Positions 59,962-64,000 of a stretch of 64,000 nucleotides of DNA are shown here, piece by piece. The position numbers were made by a program, and so were the translations under genes. The number at the start of each line of letters is the position of its first letter. The first letter of the stretch is position 1. The notes under the pieces are model-generated. The model was not told where the DNA came from, made no database searches, and saw only the letters and a program-made list of their open reading frames with translations. The DNA comes from an uncultured Armatimonadetes bacterium (lineage in GTDB: Bacteria; Armatimonadota; Hebobacteria; Hebobacterales; Hebobacteraceae): the NCBI GenBank assembly GCA_963716175.1, contig OY970296.1:1568001-1632000 (forward strand), read 5' to 3'.

Positions 59962-61066
59962 ATGAGCTGTGCACTGCAGATGGGAGGATTCGGCTCCCTG
60001 CATTCCTGCCGGACGCGACGAGGGGCGTTGTGCGCAGCCTCGATTCGGAGGACCTGGCCCGGGTGGGAGTCGAGGGGATCGTTGTGAACGTGCTTCATTC
60101 TCCTCCGACCCCGGTGCGTCGGTGATATCGGGCCTCGGAGGGATCGGCCGTTTCATGGGGTGGAAGGGTGTGGTGGCCTGCGATTCGGGAGGGTTTCAGG
60201 TCTACTCGCTGATCGCGCGTTCGGCCAAGATGGGAAGTGTGTCGGAGCGGGGGTTCAGCTACCGGCTTGGACAAGGGCAGAAGAAGGAGATGCTGACCCC
60301 GGAGAGGTGTATCGAGAGGCAGTTCCAGATCGCGGCCGATCTGATGTTCTGTCTCGACTACTGCACACACCCCGATGCGCCCGCAGATGTCCAGCGGGAG
60401 AGCGTGGAGTGGACGATCGCGTGGGCCAGAAGGTGTAAGGAGGAGTTCTCGCGACGGCTGGAGGGCGTGGCGTCGAGGGGACACAGGCCCATGCTCTTCG
60501 CGGTTGTCCAGGGAGGGGCGGACCGGGATCTTCGCAGGCGATGCGCGGAGGAGCTGCTGGAGATCGGCTTCGACGGGTATGGCTACGGGGGGTGGCCGGT
60601 GGATTCGAAGGGGTCGCTGGTGGAGATGGTGGAGTACGTCAGGGAACTAGTGCCGCGGGAGTTCCTGCTTCACGGGCTGGGGATTGGAAAGCCCGAAAGT
60701 GTGGTGCGCTGCGCCAAGATAGGCTATCAGCTTTTCGACTGCGTGCTGCCGACGCGGGATGCGCGGCACGGCAGGCTTTACGTCTCGACCGACGGCTTTG
60801 CAGACCTCACCGCGGAAGATGGATCCTGCTACGAGTACTTGTACATCCGGGATGACAGATACCGGAGGGACGAACGTACGCTGGAGGAGGGCTGTGACTG
60901 TCCAGCATGCGGCAGCCATTCACGCTCTTACCTGCGGCATCTCTTCGAGATTGGGGACGCGGCGGGGTGGAGGCTGGCCACACTTCACAACCTGCGGTTC
61001 TACGCGCGGCTGATGGAAAAGCTGCAGTCACAGCGGGACCGCGGGGGAGGGCCGCAGAGCGGGTGA
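59958..61066 (+). CDS. Divergent tRNA-guanine transglycosylase family protein (1-nt frameshift near 60097-60099)
   Basis: ATGA overlap with rsmI; PAFLPDAT...VNVLH, then shifted frame DSGGFQ, QGG, FDCVLPTRDARHG, CDCPAC, HNL. Confidence 0.85.
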
Positions 61067-61070
61067 AGAG

Positions 61071-61877
61071 ATGACCGAGGATGAACTCGGCGAGATCGTC
61101 TCGGCCCTCAGGCGGTCGCGGAAGTACCGCTTTGTGTGTGAGGACACTCTTCGGCGGATTGCGCGCTGGGCCGCCGCGCGGCATGGGAAGAGGAAGGACA
61201 TCGTCAAGGCGGCGAAGCGGAAGCTCCACCAGGCCTATGGCGCGTACCTCGAGGGGTTCGATCCGGCCGAGGTTGAGGCATTAGTGGAGGCTCTCCCCTC
61301 AGATCCCCCGGAGGGAATGCTGCGGGAGACCTGTCTGAAGATACTGGAGCAGCACGCCTCGGCCAAGGAGCGCATACCATTTATGGAGGAGGCCTTTGCC
61401 GAGGTCTTTCGGAGAACGGGCCGGCCGGAGGTCATCCTCGACCTTGCCTGTGGGCTGAATCCGTTCGCCTTTCCGTGGATGGGGCTGTCGAGGGAGACGG
61501 AGTATCACGCGTACGACATGGAGAGCCGACTTGTGTCGGCGGTGGACGCATTCCTGCTGCGGGTCGGCGTCGAACACAGTGCGGTCTGCTGCGATCTCCT
61601 GGTGTCGGTGCCGGAGGCGGAGGCGGATGTCGCTTTTCTGCTGAAGACGATGCCTTGTCTGGAGCGGCAGGAGAAAGGCGCGAGCAGCCGGATCCTGCGC
61701 GGGGTGAAGGCCCGCAATGTCGTTATCTCATTCCCCGCTCAGTCGCTGGGCGGGAGGGACAAGGGAATGCACGAGCACTACGGGGAGGAGGTGCTGCGGC
61801 TTGGTGCAGACCTCGGCCTCGCTGCAGAGGAGGTCGCCTTCCCGAACGAGACCTTCTACCTGCTGACGAAGGCTTGA
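61071..61877 (+). CDS. ArmA/Rmt/FmrO-family 16S rRNA m7G1405 methyltransferase
   Basis: KRKLHQAYGAY, HASAKER, ILDLACGLNP, LLKTMPCLERQ, VISFP.QSLGGR.KGM. Confidence 0.88.
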   Translation: MTEDELGEIVSALRRSRKYRFVCEDTLRRIARWAAARHGKRKDIVKAAKRKLHQAYGAYLEGFDPAEVEALVEALPSDPPEGMLRETCLKILEQHASAKERIPFMEEAFAEVFRRTGRPEVILDLACGLNPFAFPWMGLSRETEYHAYDMESRLVSAVDAFLLRVGVEHSAVCCDLLVSVPEAEADVAFLLKTMPCLERQEKGASSRILRGVKARNVVISFPAQSLGGRDKGMHEHYGEEVLRLGADLGLAAEEVAFPNETFYLLTKA

Positions 61878-62291
61878 GCAGCGCTCGCTCTGCGAATCAG
61901 CGCAGCTCCCGCGGGCTCCAGGTCGCGCTCCTGGAGCCGGATTTCGACCTTCTGAGCATCTTGCTGGCCGCGGATGACGGCAGGACCGCAGGGGTGGCCG
62001 CGGCGGTGGGACTGAGGCGGGCGGTCCGGGGTGCCCGTGAGACGCGAGACGGTTCGATTCCCACGCGGACCAGGAAGACGCTCTGGCATCGAAATCCCCG
62101 ACTTCGTCCGAAGGCCCGTCGTTTCGATGCCAGGATGTTGTCCTCCGCCAAGTGCGTGGCGATAGGTCTGGTGCATGCGAGGGGGGAGGGAAACCATCCC
62201 CCCTCGGTTCTTCCCCCACCTTGTGGGAGGAGAACGATAGGCTTGGCGCCGTTCGCGGGGCAGGGTCATGCTCCTGCCCGGCCTGCGGGAG

Positions 62292-63788
62292 CTATCTGTG
62301 CGCCAACACCCGCATCACTTCGTCAATGGTGGTGAGGCCGTCTTTGGCCTTGCGCAGGCCATCCTGAAGCATGGTGACCATGCCGGACTCGATGGCGGCC
62401 TGGCGCAGCTCGCCGGTGGGGGCGCGGCGGATGGTCATCTCCTTAAGGCGGTCGTCCATCTCCAACAGCTCGAAGAGCGAGATGCGCGCCCGATAGCCGG
62501 TGCCGCGGCAGTCGGCGCACCCCCGCCCGCGGTAGAAGGCCGCGCCGGTGAGGTCCAGGCCAGAGAGCGACTGGACGTGCTCGGCCAGCCCTGTCCCAGG
62601 CTGGAAGGGCGCTTTGCACTTCTGGCAGAGGCGGCGCGCCAGGCGCTGCGCGAGCACCGCGGTGAGCGCGGTGCCGACGAGGAAGGGCTCGGCGCCCATA
62701 TCGAGTAGGCGGGTGATGGTGCTGGGAGCGTCGTGCGGAAGCATCGTGGTCAGGACCAGGTGGCCAGTCAGGGCGGCCTGGATGGAGGTTTCGGCAGTGG
62801 CCAGGTCCTCGATCGCCCCGACCAGTATGATGTCGGGGTCGGCGCGCTGGAAGTAGCGCATGGCGGCGGCGTAGGTTAACCCCATCTTCCGGTTGACGTG
62901 CATCTGGGAGACACCGCGCATGCGGTAGATCACGGGATCCTCAATCGTGACCAGCTTCCTGGTGGGCGAGTTGAGGATGTTGAGCGCCGAGTAGAGGGTG
63001 GTCGTCTTGCCTGATCCCGCAGGCCCCACGACGACGATCAGCCCGTTCGGGTCGCGCAGCCTGCGCTCGAAGCGCTCCTGGATCTCCGGGTAGAAACCAA
63101 GCTTCTCCATGCCGATGAGCACACTGCTCTGGTCGTAGATGCGTACCACCGCGCTCTCCCCATAGAGGGCGGGGAAGGTGAGGGTCCGCAGGTCATACTC
63201 GCGACCCTCGTACTCATAGATGATGCGGCCGTCCTGGGGGATGCGGCGCTCGCCGACCTCGGCGTCGGCCATGATCTTCAGGCGCGCGACCAGGGGACGA
63301 TGCGCCTCTTTAGGGAGGGATAGTGCCTCGCTAAGCACGCCGTCAACGCGGTAGCGGATCACAACCTGGTCGCGGCTGGTGTCGAGGTGGATGTCGCTGG
63401 CGCGGGCTGCGATCGCTTCCCTGAAGATGGTGTTCCAGGTGGCAGCGACCGCGCTCTGTGGGCCTGCCTCCTCGGTGCTGACTTGGTCCCAGTCAATCGG
63501 AGGGAGGTGGCGCTCCTGGCGGGCCTTGTTGACGGCCTTCGCCAACCCGGCGGGCTCGTGCAGCTCGGCCGGCTCTTCGGCCTGGAGGAACTGCTCCAGG
63601 TCCCGGCGGTAGAACCTCCACTGGGTGCCGGCCTTGAAGCCCTTGATCTTCTCCTGCGCGAGCCAGCGGTAGAAGGTGGGCTTGCTCACTTTCAGGAAGG
63701 CCGCCGCGGCTGTCAAGTCCAGCACCTCGTCCGGCGGGGGTGCCTGGGGCTGCTCCTTCGTCGTCTTCGCCTGCTTTGCTCTACGCAT
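62292..63788 (-). CDS. Excisionase-type HTH fused to GspE/PilB-family ATPase with degenerate catalytic motifs
   Basis: AAAFLKVSKPTFYRW...GTQWRF HTH; ASDIH, RYRVDG, PQDGR, GPAGSGKTT, TGHLVL, AQRLAR. Confidence 0.88.
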   Translation of the reverse strand: MRRAKQAKTTKEQPQAPPPDEVLDLTAAAAFLKVSKPTFYRWLAQEKIKGFKAGTQWRFYRRDLEQFLQAEEPAELHEPAGLAKAVNKARQERHLPPIDWDQVSTEEAGPQSAVAATWNTIFREAIAARASDIHLDTSRDQVVIRYRVDGVLSEALSLPKEAHRPLVARLKIMADAEVGERRIPQDGRIIYEYEGREYDLRTLTFPALYGESAVVRIYDQSSVLIGMEKLGFYPEIQERFERRLRDPNGLIVVVGPAGSGKTTTLYSALNILNSPTRKLVTIEDPVIYRMRGVSQMHVNRKMGLTYAAAMRYFQRADPDIILVGAIEDLATAETSIQAALTGHLVLTTMLPHDAPSTITRLLDMGAEPFLVGTALTAVLAQRLARRLCQKCKAPFQPGTGLAEHVQSLSGLDLTGAAFYRGRGCADCRGTGYRARISLFELLEMDDRLKEMTIRRAPTGELRQAAIESGMVTMLQDGLRKAKDGLTTIDEVMRVLAHR

Positions 63789-63817
63789 TTCGATGCTCCT
63801 TCAGGCTTGTCTCTTGC

Positions 63818-63842
63818 CGGGCAGGTCGCGGACCTGCCCTAC
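63818..63842. repeat. GTAG-type REP-like palindrome
   Basis: GGGCAGGTCGCGGACCTGCCCTAC, same as the unit at 24708-24732. Confidence 0.7.
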
Positions 63843-64000
63843 GCGGGCTGGGCGCGCCTTCGCGGCTTCATCCAGCAGGTAGTCCGCTACGATGGAAAGG
63901 GTTTCGGCCAGCCTTCCGGTTTGCTCACCATCGCGGATCATCTCAATGGTCATCGGCGGCAGGTCGGCGGCCACCGGGGCGAGCGCTTCGCTGAGATCGG

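Noticed and set aside
49819-61066. QueG-like and TGT-like genes as one queuosine cluster
   Set aside because: 9 kb apart in different units, with no queA/C/D/E/F nearby; co-occurrence may be chance.

Overview
High-GC bacterial genome segment, plausibly Armatimonadota-like (inference only, from gene content). 1-17.3 kb is the S10/spc/alpha ribosomal superoperon (rpsS to rpsI). It has an EF-G2-type fusA paralog inserted between rpsQ and rplN, lacks infA, and has small palindromic elements at many gene junctions. Single-base frameshifts in rpsK, rpoA and rplQ, and later in a tgt-like gene, look like sequencing errors. Next come a LysM-NlpC/P60 gene, an argCJB-D-FGH operon, a TPR-nadK-steA-steB-glycosyltransferase cluster, a small HNH/oxidoreductase/nucleotidyltransferase insertion, deoC, a divergent yneA-like/lexA pair with CAAAC-N4-GTTTG operators, and tRNA-Ser(TGA). 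After the tRNA lies a ~17 kb accessory region in which six co-oriented copies of a structured ~60-140 bp repeat each precede a different cargo gene unit (cassette-array-like; no recombinase in the window). The window ends with a tightly coupled rsmI / divergent TGT / ArmA-Rmt-type 16S G1405 methyltransferase operon and an HTH-GspE/PilB fusion with degenerate catalytic motifs. All alignments were done by eye; no database searches were run.
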